64,000 nucleotides of DNA, taken from positions 7,915-71,914 of the forward strand of contig JAGFJJ010000068.1 in the NCBI GenBank assembly GCA_024102815.1, read 5' to 3'. A program made the translations under genes and the position numbers. This document shows, piece by piece, positions 18,257-28,880 of this stretch; position 1 is the stretch's first letter, and every line of letters starts with the position of its first letter. A model generated the notes under the pieces. It did no database searches and had not been told where the DNA came from. It was given only the letters and a program-made list of their open reading frames with translations. This stretch comes from Phycisphaerae bacterium (GTDB lineage: Bacteria; Planctomycetota; Phycisphaerae; UBA1845).

Positions 18257-19045
18257 TTAAGGCTCAACAAGGACCAGCTCGAAGTTGTGGTCGCCGTCGT
18301 CCCAGGCGCCGCTCAAGTCGAATCGCGCCTCCGAAGGCGACGATGCTGCCGGCTCTAACAGTTCATCTTCAGTGCGCAGACGAAGCCGGTGCACCGGGTA
18401 TGTTGCGGGTAGCGCCGCGACAACCAGTGTCTGCCCCTCGGCGTCCAGTTCAATCCGAACGTCCTTCAGCGCGTGACCCTCTCGTACGACAGCCTCTGCG
18501 ACGGGTTCGTCCTCCCCCGGGCCCAGCAGACCACTGATGAGGTCTGATCCGAGAATCAGCGCGCCGAAGCTGGCAGCAATACGGTATCCGGCCGCCAGGA
18601 TCGGAGTGGCCATCTTCGCCGCGGCTGACGATCGTTTGAGCGAGTAGACTATCGCGGGCTCAAAACCATCCGTCGAGTTCGCATTGAACTCCTCCGCGCC
18701 GATCGCTGAGAGCGCTAACGCTTCGTAGTATCTCAGCTGGCAAGCCGCGCAGTGGCGCAGGTGCTCCGCATGGGCCGATCCCTCTTCCAGTTCCACGATG
18801 TCGTCAACATTGAGGCAGTCATCCGTGACCAAAGTGGGGTCGTCGTTTTCGAACTGCTCCGGCAGCAGAAACATATAAGTCTCACGAGCACGTGTGGCGC
18901 ATTCCGTACAGTAGCGTATCCTCGCGGTGTGATCCGATATCCACCGCGCACTTTCATGCTCCGAATCACCAGTCATCAGTCTGACGAAGCGTCTTACATC
19001 ATCGATTGTAATATCTTCATGGGGCATTGTAGTCACTCGCCTCAC
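18257..19045 (-). CDS. putative membrane-anchored anti-sigma factor (zf-HC2-like)
   Basis: HLRHCAAC fits the HxxxCxxC anti-sigma zinc motif. One hydrophobic helix (ATPILAAGYRIAASFGALILGSDLISGLLG). 4-bp overlap with the upstream gene. Confidence 0.5.
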   Translation of the reverse strand: MRRVTTMPHEDITIDDVRRFVRLMTGDSEHESARWISDHTARIRYCTECATRARETYMFLLPEQFENDDPTLVTDDCLNVDDIVELEEGSAHAEHLRHCAACQLRYYEALALSAIGAEEFNANSTDGFEPAIVYSLKRSSAAAKMATPILAAGYRIAASFGALILGSDLISGLLGPGEDEPVAEAVVREGHALKDVRIELDAEGQTLVVAALPATYPVHRLRLRTEDELLEPAASSPSEARFDLSGAWDDGDHNFELVLVEP

Positions 19046-20031
19046 AGGCGATCATGAAAACCTCTGACCAAGTCCCAGACGAGGCTCTGCGTTGTGCAGT
19101 GGTCGCGTGCGACGTTACTCACTGCCTCTTTCTTCTTGATGCGGTTCTTGCGTAGCGACACGTAGCTGGAGAGGATTCTACGGTGGCGAACCGGATACTC
19201 CTCCAGTACCGACTCAATGAGGTTTGCCATCGGGGCGTTGCGTTTCACGGGTGTTTCAGCCTCTTGAACGAGGTGGCTCTTTCCCGTGGTCTCCTTCTTC
19301 ATGGCCTGAAGACAGTCTCTCACGATCGAACCGAACCTCCCGAAATACGTCATGGGACTCTCCGGCCTCTTAATTGGATGCGCTACAAGACGGCGAATAC
19401 TGCCCAAAGTGATATGATCCACGTCAGGGTTCCGTTCTTTCAGGAGGCGAGGCCAACGCTCCAGGGATTTGCCTGTCGCCTTCGAATAGCAGCCGGCCTC
19501 AAAGTGTGGGTGTGCGAGAACTTCTTCTACGCGGTGCTCTATTTGTTTCTCGCTCCAGGAAAGGCGCAGAACACCGACGTACTCATTCGTTTGGTGAGTT
19601 GCGATTGCCGTGATGTCGACCATTTGGATCAAGGCCTCTCGTGCCAACTCTCCACCGCCGAATCGTTTCCGCTCGTCGGTTCGAAGGTCTGAAAGGTCGG
19701 GGCCCCTGTTGGGGCCAGAGCACCATGGGCAGTCAGCGGGTACTATCTGATGTCCCACCCTCCCGGTCAGCCCTTCACGGATTGCGCCATCGACCAGCTT
19801 CTGCATCAGTTCCACTACGGTGGTGCGATCGTTCTCGGGATCCCACAACATCCTCCGCAGCTCCACCAGCAGCCGAAAACCGAGGGCCCGGGTCATCCGT
19901 CGCGCCGCCGATCTATTCGCCTCGCCAGCGGCCGTCACCCAGTCGTGGAGATGGTGTTCGAGGTGACCGTCATACTGGCACGCCCATAGGGAGCGTGCAC
20001 AGAGCTCAGCGAATTCCGCGAATACACTCAC
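19042..20031 (-). CDS. hypothetical protein with C-terminal sigma region-4-like HTH (possible atypical sigma factor)
   Basis: LEEYPVRHRRILSSYVSLRKNRIKKKEAVSNVARDHCTTQSLVWDLVRG resembles region 4. No clear region 2 seen. Coupled to the anti-sigma-like gene. Confidence 0.4.
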   Translation of the reverse strand: MSVFAEFAELCARSLWACQYDGHLEHHLHDWVTAAGEANRSAARRMTRALGFRLLVELRRMLWDPENDRTTVVELMQKLVDGAIREGLTGRVGHQIVPADCPWCSGPNRGPDLSDLRTDERKRFGGGELAREALIQMVDITAIATHQTNEYVGVLRLSWSEKQIEHRVEEVLAHPHFEAGCYSKATGKSLERWPRLLKERNPDVDHITLGSIRRLVAHPIKRPESPMTYFGRFGSIVRDCLQAMKKETTGKSHLVQEAETPVKRNAPMANLIESVLEEYPVRHRRILSSYVSLRKNRIKKKEAVSNVARDHCTTQSLVWDLVRGFHDRL

Positions 20032-20492
20032 CTACATCGTCCCCCGGATCGAGCACAACCCGCGATGATCAGCACAATCCCGCGGGCTCATGCCAGCTAC
20101 CATGGCTCGCCGACCGGTCAAGCCAATAGCTCCGATCCACTAACGTCCACCAAACCGACGGGGGCCTCGTACGCGCCGGCTCGGCGTGGATATCCTTGCT
20201 GCCGTCGAAGCACGCTCGGATCGTTGTGAATCGTCCCGAAAGACCCTGCCGCGACGTCACAAAGGATAGCGTATCGGAACCTCGGCGCACCTCAACCTTG
20301 AAGGGCTTCTGTGCCGTAGCGGCGCCGGCGGCCCGCCTCCGTGGTGGCGACTTCTGTCGCGGCTGGGCCGCTATTGGTGCACGCAAAGCCCTACCCGGTC
20401 TAGGGGCAGTCGGATCGCGGGATTTGGACTTGCATCCGCGTTGGGAACAGGCTCCCCGCTCCTAATCCGGCCGTCCCGACTCAGTTCGAATG

Positions 20493-21152
20493 CTACCGCC
20501 AGCTGGCCATCAGCTTGATTTCCTCGGGCAGGCGCTTGTTCAGTGCGGCCAGGTCGAAGGCTTCCGGGTCGAAGGCCCCGCCCACCCACTCGAGCATGGC
20601 GTCGTGCTCCTCGTGCTTCGGGTCGCCGATCGCCTCCAGAAAGTCCTGGTAACCCCAGGGGCCGCCACAATCCTCGGGCGGGCGGGCTCGCTCTCCGGCG
20701 AGACAGCACGGGAGCCGCTGGTCGGCTTCGCGGGGCAGGATCTTCTCGACGACGACCTCGTGGTCCCAGCCGTCGCCGAAGTCGTAAAGCAGATTGAATC
20801 GCAGGCGTTCCGCCGGAGCGACCTCCGCAAGTGTCACGGCAAACTCGTCATCCGCGTCGTCCATCTCGAACCGCGGATCGGAGTACTCCACACCGTCGAT
20901 CGTGAACTGATGGAGGTGGCTGTTCGTCCAACCCATGGCCGCCTGCAGGATGAAGTTCAATTCGCCCAGGGTGATCTCCGACGGGGCTAGCACCCGACGC
21001 CAGATCGGGGGATCGACCTCAAGCAGGGTAATTTTCAGCTGGTGGACAGTGCCTCCGGTTCGAACCGTCTGTTTGGAGCGGGTTCGCTTCGTGGCCATTC
21101 CATGGCTCCGATTAGATGGATCCTTGACCCGCGGCCTCGCCGCCGCTTGCAC
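20493..21152 (-). CDS. pRiA4b ORF-3-like family protein
   Basis: VHQLKITLLEVDPPIWRRVLAPSEITLGELNFILQAAMGWTNSHLHQF...DFGDGWDHEVVVEKI...PPEDCGGPWGYQDFLEAI is the hallmark of this family. Start may be ATG 21098. Confidence 0.85.
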   Translation of the reverse strand: MQAAARPRVKDPSNRSHGMATKRTRSKQTVRTGGTVHQLKITLLEVDPPIWRRVLAPSEITLGELNFILQAAMGWTNSHLHQFTIDGVEYSDPRFEMDDADDEFAVTLAEVAPAERLRFNLLYDFGDGWDHEVVVEKILPREADQRLPCCLAGERARPPEDCGGPWGYQDFLEAIGDPKHEEHDAMLEWVGGAFDPEAFDLAALNKRLPEEIKLMASWR

Positions 21153-21308
21153 ACGCCATTAGCCCCCGCGACAGCGCCGACGTCAAGGGCACGGAGCGTC
21201 AGCGGTCCGCGCGCTTCTCGCTTGAAGGCGGACCGACGAACTCACGCGAAACGCCGGGGATCCGTTCACGATCCGATTGACCCGGCTTGGTTCGAATTCG
21301 GCGGCGAA

Positions 21309-21686
21309 TCAGATCAATTCGTCGAACGGCGTCGGCGGTTCCGGTAGATTACGCATGCTCCAATCGAAGAGCTCGTGCGTCATACGGCCGTCTTCGTACC
21401 GGACCGGCTCCGGTTCGGGTTCTGGGGCGTAGGCAGGTGGCGGCGGGGCCAGCCGCTGATAGCGCTCCGCTGCCGGTAGTTCCGGCTCGTATGGATCATA
21501 CGGCGGCCAAGGTGACACGTCGCCGGCATAAGGATCGCTCACCGGCAATCCGAAGTAGGGGTGGCTTTGCGACGCGGATTCGACCATCAGGCTTTCGATC
21601 CCACCGACCGGGCCGGAGGGACCGCGATCGGCCATTAGATCTGAAAGCTCCCTGCGTTGCGGCATGAAGTCGTCGTTTGAATGCAT
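21309..21686 (-). CDS. hypothetical Pro-rich protein (weak)
   Basis: 125-aa ORF, Pro/Glu/Tyr-rich. No family recognised. Confidence 0.3.
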   Translation of the reverse strand: MHSNDDFMPQRRELSDLMADRGPSGPVGGIESLMVESASQSHPYFGLPVSDPYAGDVSPWPPYDPYEPELPAAERYQRLAPPPPAYAPEPEPEPVRYEDGRMTHELFDWSMRNLPEPPTPFDELI

Positions 21687-21951
21687 GTTTCGGTTCCCTG
21701 TTGTCGTATGCCGGTTATGTGTCCGTCAGCACGTCGTCCCAGTCCTTACTCGTGAAGTCTGCCCCGTCATAGGGATCAGCGGATGGAGGTTGCGGGCGGT
21801 TTCAGGAAACCAGCTGCTGCTCCGTAGTACTCGGCGAAACGTCTCCGCAGAGGATCTCGAATTGTAGAGAGTTGACTCTCGATGGGCGTCGTTCGGATTT
21901 GTTGTCTGAGTCCCTCCAAGTGGACAGTGCCGGAGCGCTGGGCGACGGCCA

Positions 21952-22020
21952 GGGCCGGCGAGCGATAAGCTCGATGTCTTCCGGCAGACGCTTGCTCAAG
22001 GCGGTCAGGCAGCAGCTCAT
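21952..22020 (-). pseudogene. remnant of a second pRiA4b ORF-3-like gene (C-terminal fragment)
   Basis: FD|MSCCLTALSKRLPEDIELIARRPW aligns with the C-terminus FDLAALNKRLPEEIKLMASWR of 20493..21152. An in-frame TAG lies just upstream and the family body is absent. Confidence 0.35.
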
Positions 22021-22164
22021 GTCAAACTAGGCAATTTGAAGATGCGGGCTAACAGTCGGATGTTCCCCGCCCTCTACATGATACCAGCACCGTCCCGGAC
22101 GCGACCAGGGAGGGAACCGAGACCCTGACGACCACGTTTGCGCTTGGCGCGGAGCCACGCGCCG

Positions 22165-22182
22165 ATACAATTCCTATTGTAT
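22165..22182. promoter_or_regulatory. palindrome ATACAAT-TCCT-ATTGTAT upstream of the sigma-54 activator gene (possible operator)
   Basis: Perfect 7-bp arms, 28 nt upstream of ATG 22210. Function is inferred from position only. Confidence 0.2.
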
Positions 22183-22209
22183 GTTGCACAAAGGCGGATG
22201 TGAAATGCC

Positions 22210-23775
22210 ATGACGCGAACCTTAGTATCGTGGGTCGGGCACGCGGACCTTCGGGCGCTCGCCGCTCAGCTGCCGACTCGCGAGAGAAACGCGTTGTCGG
22301 AGATTGTCGGAGCCGTTCCCACGGATCCAGACGGGCCGATCAAGTCACTGGTTCGCGCCGAACGTTTTGACTCGATCCATCTGCTAAGCAACTACGATTC
22401 TCGCTGGAACAAGAGGTTCGCCGCATGGATTGGTCGCAATTGTGAAGTGCACAGAGTCTCCCTCCGCAACCCGACGGATTACGCGGCCATTTACGAAAGT
22501 GCCTCGAACTCGCTTGCATCGCTGACAACGGGTGGCGTCAACCAAGACGACGAATTGTGCATCCACCTGAGCCCCGGCACACCGGCGATGACGGCGATCT
22601 GGGTCCTTCTCGGCAAGACACAGTACCCCGCAACCTTCTATCAAACACACAAGGGAAAGTCCTGGGTCACGGAGATCCCGTTCGACATCACCCTCGATCT
22701 TGTGCCGAAACTGCTAAGGCAACCGGATGCCCATTTTCAGCATCTGGCCGCGAAGGGTCCGGAAGAAGTCGAAGGCTTCGGCAGCATTGTGGGCAACAGC
22801 AAGGCTATTCGACTTGCGGTCGGCCGCGCACAGCGCGCTGCAATACGCAGTGTGCCGGTACTACTGCTCGGAGAAAGCGGAACCGGGAAGGAAATGTTCG
22901 CACGGGCGATTCACGCTGCGAGCTCCAGGCGACACGGCCCGTTCATCGCAATCAACTGCGCGGCGGTTCCACGTGAGCTGCTCGAAGCCGAATTGTTCGG
23001 ATACGCCAAGGGTGCCTTCACCGGAGCGGTCAAGAGCAAGCCGGGCGCATTCGAGCAGGCAGACGGCGGGACGTTGTTTTTGGACGAAATCGGAGAGTGC
23101 GATGGGGCAATGCAAGCGAAGCTGCTTCGCGTTCTCCAGCCCACACCGGAATCGGGCCCGTGCGACCGCGTTTTTCGACCGGTCGGCGCGACGGCCGACA
23201 AAGCCGCCGATGTTCGGCTGATATCGGCGACCAATCGCGATCTTGCCAACGAGGTGCTAGAAAACCGATTCCGCGAGGATCTGTTCTATCGGGTTGCCGT
23301 CATCACCGTCTCACTTCCGGCCTTACGCGATCGCCGATCCGATGTCCCCCTGCTCGCGGAGCACTTGATGGCGACGATCAACCAGCAAGCGATGTCGGAC
23401 GAACCGGGCTACAAGGACAAATGCCTTTCTGATAGTGCAAAAGCATTTGTGAAACAGCACGACTGGCCCGGTAACGTCCGGCAGTTGTACAACGCCCTTC
23501 TTCAGGCAGCTGTGATGTCCGAGACCGAGCGAATCGACCGCGCCGATCTCGCCGCCGCCGTCACGGACCTTCCTCAACAGAACCGCCGGGATATTCTCGA
23601 ATTGCCCCTTGGAGGCACGTTTAGCCTCGAAAAGCACCTGGAATTCGTGCACAAGCACTATCTGCGGCGGGCAATGAGCGAGGCTGGCGGCAAGAAGACC
23701 CAAGCCGCGTCGCTGCTTGGAATGAAGAATTACCAGACGCTGGACGCACAGCTCAAACGGCTAGGAGTAGAGTGA
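22210..23775 (+). CDS. sigma-54-dependent transcriptional activator with RtcR-type (CARF-like) N-terminal sensor domain
   Basis: AAA+ core: LLLGESGTGKEMFARAIH, GYAKGAFTGAV (GAFTGA), LFLDEIGE. C-terminal Fis-type HTH KKTQAASLLGMKNYQTLDAQLKRLG. N-terminal NPTDYAAIYES...LCIHLSPGTPAMTAIWVLL parallels E. coli RtcR NPWDFEEVYA...YLIHITTGTHVAQICWFLL. Confidence 0.85.
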   Translation: MTRTLVSWVGHADLRALAAQLPTRERNALSEIVGAVPTDPDGPIKSLVRAERFDSIHLLSNYDSRWNKRFAAWIGRNCEVHRVSLRNPTDYAAIYESASNSLASLTTGGVNQDDELCIHLSPGTPAMTAIWVLLGKTQYPATFYQTHKGKSWVTEIPFDITLDLVPKLLRQPDAHFQHLAAKGPEEVEGFGSIVGNSKAIRLAVGRAQRAAIRSVPVLLLGESGTGKEMFARAIHAASSRRHGPFIAINCAAVPRELLEAELFGYAKGAFTGAVKSKPGAFEQADGGTLFLDEIGECDGAMQAKLLRVLQPTPESGPCDRVFRPVGATADKAADVRLISATNRDLANEVLENRFREDLFYRVAVITVSLPALRDRRSDVPLLAEHLMATINQQAMSDEPGYKDKCLSDSAKAFVKQHDWPGNVRQLYNALLQAAVMSETERIDRADLAAAVTDLPQQNRRDILELPLGGTFSLEKHLEFVHKHYLRRAMSEAGGKKTQAASLLGMKNYQTLDAQLKRLGVE

Positions 23776-23795
23776 AATGGAACGACTCCACTTGC

Positions 23796-23811
23796 TGGCA
23801 CGGCCCCTGCA
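23796..23811 (+). promoter_or_regulatory. candidate sigma-54 (-24/-12) promoter upstream of hsdR
   Basis: cTGGCACG-GCCC-CTGCA versus the consensus YTGGCACG-N4-TTGCW. Correct GG/GC spacing with one mismatch in the -12 box. Lies 20 bp after the activator stop and ~110 bp before ATG 23923. Confidence 0.5.
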
Positions 23812-23922
23812 TAAGTACGGGCGATGCAAAGCGAATCGACAAGAGCGGTGCAGTCCCAAAACGCTGTTACCGGTGCGCGCCAGGCCGGGCGGTTCACGGG
23901 ACCATGCCGGGAGCTCGACAGG

Positions 23923-26900
23923 ATGAAATCGGCGAACTTCGAGTTTCTACGCGGCCGATGGAAGGAGCTCGCGGGCCTTGGCGGGTTCGCCGAGCATTAC
24001 GTTCATCCTGACCCTCCAAGTGCCGCGGTCAAGCTTCGTTCCTACGCCGAGCAAATCGTTGAGCTTATCTGGGAAACCGCTCGTCTTCCAAAGCTCTTCC
24101 AAGCCAACCTTAACGATAAGCTGAACAACGATACGTTTCGAGAAGTCGTGCCGCGTGTTGTCGTGTCAAAGCTCCATGCGCTGAGAATCCACGGCAACAA
24201 GGCTGCGCACGGCGAAAAAGTGACCGCCTCGACCGCGCAGTGGCTCCTTCGCGAAGCCTTTGAGCTCGGGCGTTGGCTCCTCGTCGCATCAGGCGCCGGA
24301 AGTAAGGACGACTGCCCAGACTTCATTGAGCCATCACCGCCATCCGCCAAACCATCTGCCGATCAACTCAAGCAAGAAAAGCGTGCAGTGCTCGAGAAGC
24401 TTGCCGCACAAGAAGCGGAGATGCTAAAGCTCCTCGCCGAACTGGAAGCGGCGCGTGAGGCGGCCCAGACGGCGGAAGCCAGCGCTGACGAACTACGTTC
24501 CACACTCGAAGCCGGAACTCAGGCGGCAAACGTACTCGATTTCACCGAAGAACAAACTCGGCATGCGCTCATAGATTCCATGCTCATCAGTGCCGGCTGG
24601 GACGTCGGCCGAAACCGTCAGAGCAATTCGGAAGTAGGCCAAGAGATCGAAGTCGAGCATCAGCCCACCGACTCCGGCATCGGCTACGCCGACTATGTGC
24701 TCTACGACGAAGATGAAGTGACACCTCTAGCAGTAATCGAAGCGAAGAAGACATCCAAGGACGCTGAGGCCGGGAGGACCCAGGCCAAGTGTTATGCAGA
24801 CGGTCTTGAGCAGATGTCAGGCACTCGACCTGTCATCTTCTACACCAACGGGTTCGACATCTGGATTTGGAACGACGCCGAACATGAGCCACCACGCAAA
24901 ATCTTCGGCTTCTATTCCAAGGACAGCCTGCAGTACAAGCACTTTCAGCGACAGTACCCAATGGCCCCGTCGGTGGTCAAACCCGACGCGCAGATCGCGG
25001 GCCGACTCTACCAGATGGAAGCCATCAACCGCGTCGTGGAACGCTACGCAGCAAAACACTCCAGGGCTTTGCTCGTTCAGGCAACCGGTACCGGCAAAAC
25101 GCGCGTGGCCGTGTCTTTGTGCGCGGCGTTGATTAATGCGAAGCGCGTCCGACGAGTTCTGTTCCTTTGCGACCGACGGGAGCTACGGAAACAGGCCCAC
25201 AACGTGTTCAAACGGTTCTTGCCCGGCGAGCCGCGCGTCTACGTCAGCGCCACAACTGCCCAGGATCGCGACAAGCGCATTTACCTTGCGACCTACCCTG
25301 CCATGATGAAGTGTTTCGAGAGCTTCGACGTGGGCTTCTTCGATCTCATCATCGCGGACGAGTCCCATCGCAGCATCTACAACCGCTACCGGGATCTCGT
25401 TCGATACTTCGATGGCCTGTGCCTCGGGCTGACGGCCACGCCGCGAAGTGACTTGGTCTCACACAATACCTATCAGCTTTTCGGCTGCGACGACGGTGTT
25501 CCAACGGCCTACTTCAGCTACGAAGATGCAATCAATGCCAACCCGCCGTATCTGAGTCGGTTCGAGGTCGAGAAGGTTACGACGCCGTTCCTGCGCAAGG
25601 GCATCAAATACACCGAGATGACGGCCAAGCAGCGCGAGCAGCTCGAGGAAGACGAAGTGATGCCGGAGGCGATAGAGTTCGAGCAGCGTGAGGTTGACAA
25701 GCACATTTTCAACAAGGACACCAACCGTAAGATCCTTCGGAACCTGATGGAACACGGCATCCGTGACGCATCGGGCACGCGGGTCGGAAAGACCATCATC
25801 TTCGCGCGCAACCACAACCATGCCGTCTTGCTGCAGAACCTCTTCGATGAAATGTATCCACAGTATGGTGGAAACTTCTGCCGCGTGATTGACAACTACG
25901 ATCCACGCGCCGAGGAGCTCATCGACGATTTCAAGGGCGAGGGCAAGAATCCGGATCTGACGATCGCAATTTCCGTCGACATGCTCGACACGGGCATCGA
26001 CGTTCCCGAAATCGTAAACCTGGTGTTCGCCAAGCCGGTCTACTCGTACATCAAGTTCTGGCAGATGATCGGCCGGGGCACCCGTCTTTGCGAGGATCTC
26101 TTCGGGCGCGGCCAGAACAAGTCGAAGTTCCTCATCTTCGACCATTGGGGCAACTTCGAGTACTTCGAAGAACAGTACAAGGCCGCGGAGGTGAGCCTGC
26201 CGAAATCATTGCCTCAGCGACTCTTCGAGGCCCGCATCCGTTTGGCGGAAGCCGCGCTACAGCAGCAAGACACCGAGGCCTTCGACCTAACGATCTCGCT
26301 GATTCGGCAGGATATCGCCGACCTCCCCGACAAGACCATCGCCGTGCGCGAACACTGGAAGCAGATCAAAATCGTGGAACGCGAAGAACTGTTGCGCCAG
26401 TTCGATGCCGCAACCAAGGGAGTCCTTTTCCAGGAAATCGCTCCGCTCATGCAATGGCGAAATGTGGCGGGCCACGAGGCCGCGTACAAGTTCGATCTGA
26501 ACATGTGCATGGCCCAGAAAGCCCGGCTGGACAACGCCAGCCGGTACGGCGACCTGCGGGACGATCTTCGCAACCAGATCGAGCAGCTTCAGATGAACCT
26601 CAGCCAGGTCCGCGCCAGGGCGTCGGCCATCAACGAAGCGCGCAGTGCCGCCTTCTGGGATAACGCGACTGTATCCGACCTTGAGCGAATCCGTAGCGAG
26701 CTGCGCGGAATCATGAAGTACCGTCAGCCGTCGACGACGACAGCCTACCAACCCAAGGTCATCGACGTCGTCGAGGATGACGCGCTGATCGAACGAAAGC
26801 CGCACAAGGTTAAGCTGGAAGGGCTCGATCTCGCGGCCTACCGCGCCCGCGTCGAGCAGGTTCTCAAGGAACTCTTCGATGAAAACCCGACACTGCAACG

Positions 26901-27324
26901 CATCCAACGGGGCGAGCCGGTCACCGACGACGATCTACGCGCGTTGAATTCACTTGTGTTGACCCAGGACCCCGAACTCGACCTTTCCGAGTTGACGGAG
27001 TACTACCCCGAGACCGCCGGCCACCTGGACCTGGCGATCCGCAACATCATCGGCCTGGATGGCGCCGCCGTCCGCCGGCGATTCGAGACGTTTGTGCAGA
27101 CCCACGCGTCGCTGAACTCGCAGCAGATTCGTTTTCTAGACATGCTACAGAACCACATCGCCAGCTACGGCTCGATTACGGTCGATCGGCTTTACGAAGA
27201 TCCGTTCACCTCGCTCCACAGCGACGGCATCGATGGCGTGTTCACCGACGAGGCGACGATCCAGGAACTCATTGACATCATCGGGGCCTTCAACCCGGCC
27301 GCGCAAGGAGGCGAAAGCGAATGA
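23923..27324 (+). CDS. hsdR: type I restriction enzyme R subunit (DUF4145-like N-terminus, HSDR_N nuclease, SF2 helicase, EcoEI-type C-terminal domain)
   Basis: MKSANFEFL...[11 protein letters not shown] (DUF4145-like). [23 protein letters not shown] (PD-(D/E)xK). [10 protein letters not shown] and DESH helicase motifs. QMIGRGTR motif VI. Start at ATG 23923 preferred over the track start 23824. Confidence 0.9.
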   Translation: MKSANFEFLRGRWKELAGLGGFAEHYVHPDPPSAAVKLRSYAEQIVELIWETARLPKLFQANLNDKLNNDTFREVVPRVVVSKLHALRIHGNKAAHGEKVTASTAQWLLREAFELGRWLLVASGAGSKDDCPDFIEPSPPSAKPSADQLKQEKRAVLEKLAAQEAEMLKLLAELEAAREAAQTAEASADELRSTLEAGTQAANVLDFTEEQTRHALIDSMLISAGWDVGRNRQSNSEVGQEIEVEHQPTDSGIGYADYVLYDEDEVTPLAVIEAKKTSKDAEAGRTQAKCYADGLEQMSGTRPVIFYTNGFDIWIWNDAEHEPPRKIFGFYSKDSLQYKHFQRQYPMAPSVVKPDAQIAGRLYQMEAINRVVERYAAKHSRALLVQATGTGKTRVAVSLCAALINAKRVRRVLFLCDRRELRKQAHNVFKRFLPGEPRVYVSATTAQDRDKRIYLATYPAMMKCFESFDVGFFDLIIADESHRSIYNRYRDLVRYFDGLCLGLTATPRSDLVSHNTYQLFGCDDGVPTAYFSYEDAINANPPYLSRFEVEKVTTPFLRKGIKYTEMTAKQREQLEEDEVMPEAIEFEQREVDKHIFNKDTNRKILRNLMEHGIRDASGTRVGKTIIFARNHNHAVLLQNLFDEMYPQYGGNFCRVIDNYDPRAEELIDDFKGEGKNPDLTIAISVDMLDTGIDVPEIVNLVFAKPVYSYIKFWQMIGRGTRLCEDLFGRGQNKSKFLIFDHWGNFEYFEEQYKAAEVSLPKSLPQRLFEARIRLAEAALQQQDTEAFDLTISLIRQDIADLPDKTIAVREHWKQIKIVEREELLRQFDAATKGVLFQEIAPLMQWRNVAGHEAAYKFDLNMCMAQKARLDNASRYGDLRDDLRNQIEQLQMNLSQVRARASAINEARSAAFWDNATVSDLERIRSELRGIMKYRQPSTTTAYQPKVIDVVEDDALIERKPHKVKLEGLDLAAYRARVEQVLKELFDENPTLQRIQRGEPVTDDDLRALNSLVLTQDPELDLSELTEYYPETAGHLDLAIRNIIGLDGAAVRRRFETFVQTHASLNSQQIRFLDMLQNHIASYGSITVDRLYEDPFTSLHSDGIDGVFTDEATIQELIDIIGAFNPAAQGGESE

Positions 27325-28880
27325 TTACCGGCAAACTCAAGAGCGATATCAACAAGCTCTGGGATGAATTCTGGACTGGCGGCATCAGTAACCCGCTGAC
27401 CGTCATCGAGCAGATCACCTACCTCATGTTCTTCCGGCTGCTCGATCTCGCGGCAGCCCGGGAAGAAAAAAAGGCAGCTCGCACCGGCAAGAAGGCAACA
27501 ACGCCATTCAACAAGAAGCAGCAACTCCTTCGCTGGTCGCAATTCAAGAGCCTCGGCGGCGAGGAGATGCTCAAGCGCATCCGCGACGAGGTGTTCCCCC
27601 ATTTTCGCGACATGGCCAGCGAGGAATCGACCTTTGGGCGTTACATGAAGGACGCCCAGCTGATGATTCAAAAGCCGAGTCTGCTCGTCTCGGCCGTCTC
27701 GATGATCGACAACCTCCCGCTCGACAAGGGCGATACCAAGGGCGATCTGTACGAATACGTCCTCAGCAAACTCACGACCGCCGGGATTAACGGCCAGTTC
27801 CGCACACCGCGCCACATCATCCGCCTCATGGTCGAACTGGTCGATCCCAAGCCGGACGAAACCGTTGGCGACCCGGCCTGTGGAACCGGCGGGTTTCTTG
27901 TCGCAGCCATGACCTATCTGCTGGAGAAATACACGTCCAAGGCCGGGCGCATCGAACAACTCGACGAAGACGGCCGACCGGTCAAGGACGATCGCGGCAA
28001 TCCGCAGTACATCTACACCGGCGACAAACTTGAACCCTACCGCAAACATATTCAGCGCGACATGTTCCACGGCTTCGATTTCGACGCCACCATGCTGCGC
28101 ATCGCCGTGATGAACATGATGCTCCACGGCGTCGATAATCCCAGCATCGACTACCAGGATGCGCTCAGCAACTCCTTTCCCGAGCGCTTTCCGAAGACGG
28201 CCTCCGACCACTTCGATGTCATTTTGGCCAATCCGCCGTTCAAGGGCAGCCTCGATCACAGTGACGTGCATTCGTCACTAACGGGCAAGATCAAGACGAA
28301 GAAGACCGAGCTGCTCTTTCCGACGCTCATGCTGCGCATGCTGAAGGACCCGGGCGGGCGATGTGCAGTTATCGTCCCGGACGGTGTCCTGTTCGGTTCG
28401 TCCAAGGCCCATCGCGATCTCAAGCAGATGCTCGTGGACGACAATGAGCTGCACGCGGTGATCAAGCTGCCGGCTGGCGTGTTCAAGCCCTACGCCGGAG
28501 TATCGACGGCCATTCTGTACTTCGCCAAGGGGGGTAAGACCGGCGACGTGTTCTTCTACGATGTGCAGGCCGACGGGCTCAGCCTGGACGATAAGCGCAC
28601 GCCCGTCGACGAGAATGATCTTCCCGATGTGATGGCGCAGTGGAATAGGTGGAGTAACGGTAATGGCAAGAAATCGTTCGCCGATCGCAAGAACAAAGCG
28701 TTCTTCGTTCCGGTTTCGGATATCCGCGAAGCCAAATACGACCTTTCCATCAACCGCTACAAGGAGGTCGTCTACGAGGAGCCCGAGTTCGACCCGCCGA
28801 AAGCAATCTTGAAGCGATTGGCCAAGTTGAACGAACAAGAGGCCAAAGAGCTTGCTGAGCTGGAGGGAATGCTGAAGTGA
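27321..28880 (+). CDS. hsdM: type I R-M N6-adenine DNA methyltransferase subunit
   Basis: [13 protein letters not shown] (motif I) and LANPPFKG (NPPF). 4-bp overlap with hsdR. Confidence 0.95.
   Translation: MITGKLKSDINKLWDEFWTGGISNPLTVIEQITYLMFFRLLDLAAAREEKKAARTGKKATTPFNKKQQLLRWSQFKSLGGEEMLKRIRDEVFPHFRDMASEESTFGRYMKDAQLMIQKPSLLVSAVSMIDNLPLDKGDTKGDLYEYVLSKLTTAGINGQFRTPRHIIRLMVELVDPKPDETVGDPACGTGGFLVAAMTYLLEKYTSKAGRIEQLDEDGRPVKDDRGNPQYIYTGDKLEPYRKHIQRDMFHGFDFDATMLRIAVMNMMLHGVDNPSIDYQDALSNSFPERFPKTASDHFDVILANPPFKGSLDHSDVHSSLTGKIKTKKTELLFPTLMLRMLKDPGGRCAVIVPDGVLFGSSKAHRDLKQMLVDDNELHAVIKLPAGVFKPYAGVSTAILYFAKGGKTGDVFFYDVQADGLSLDDKRTPVDENDLPDVMAQWNRWSNGNGKKSFADRKNKAFFVPVSDIREAKYDLSINRYKEVVYEEPEFDPPKAILKRLAKLNEQEAKELAELEGMLK

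Noticed and set aside
27192-28271. 359-aa minus-strand ORF.
   Set aside because: It is antisense to the hsdR/hsdM junction and to hsdM, and shows no motifs.
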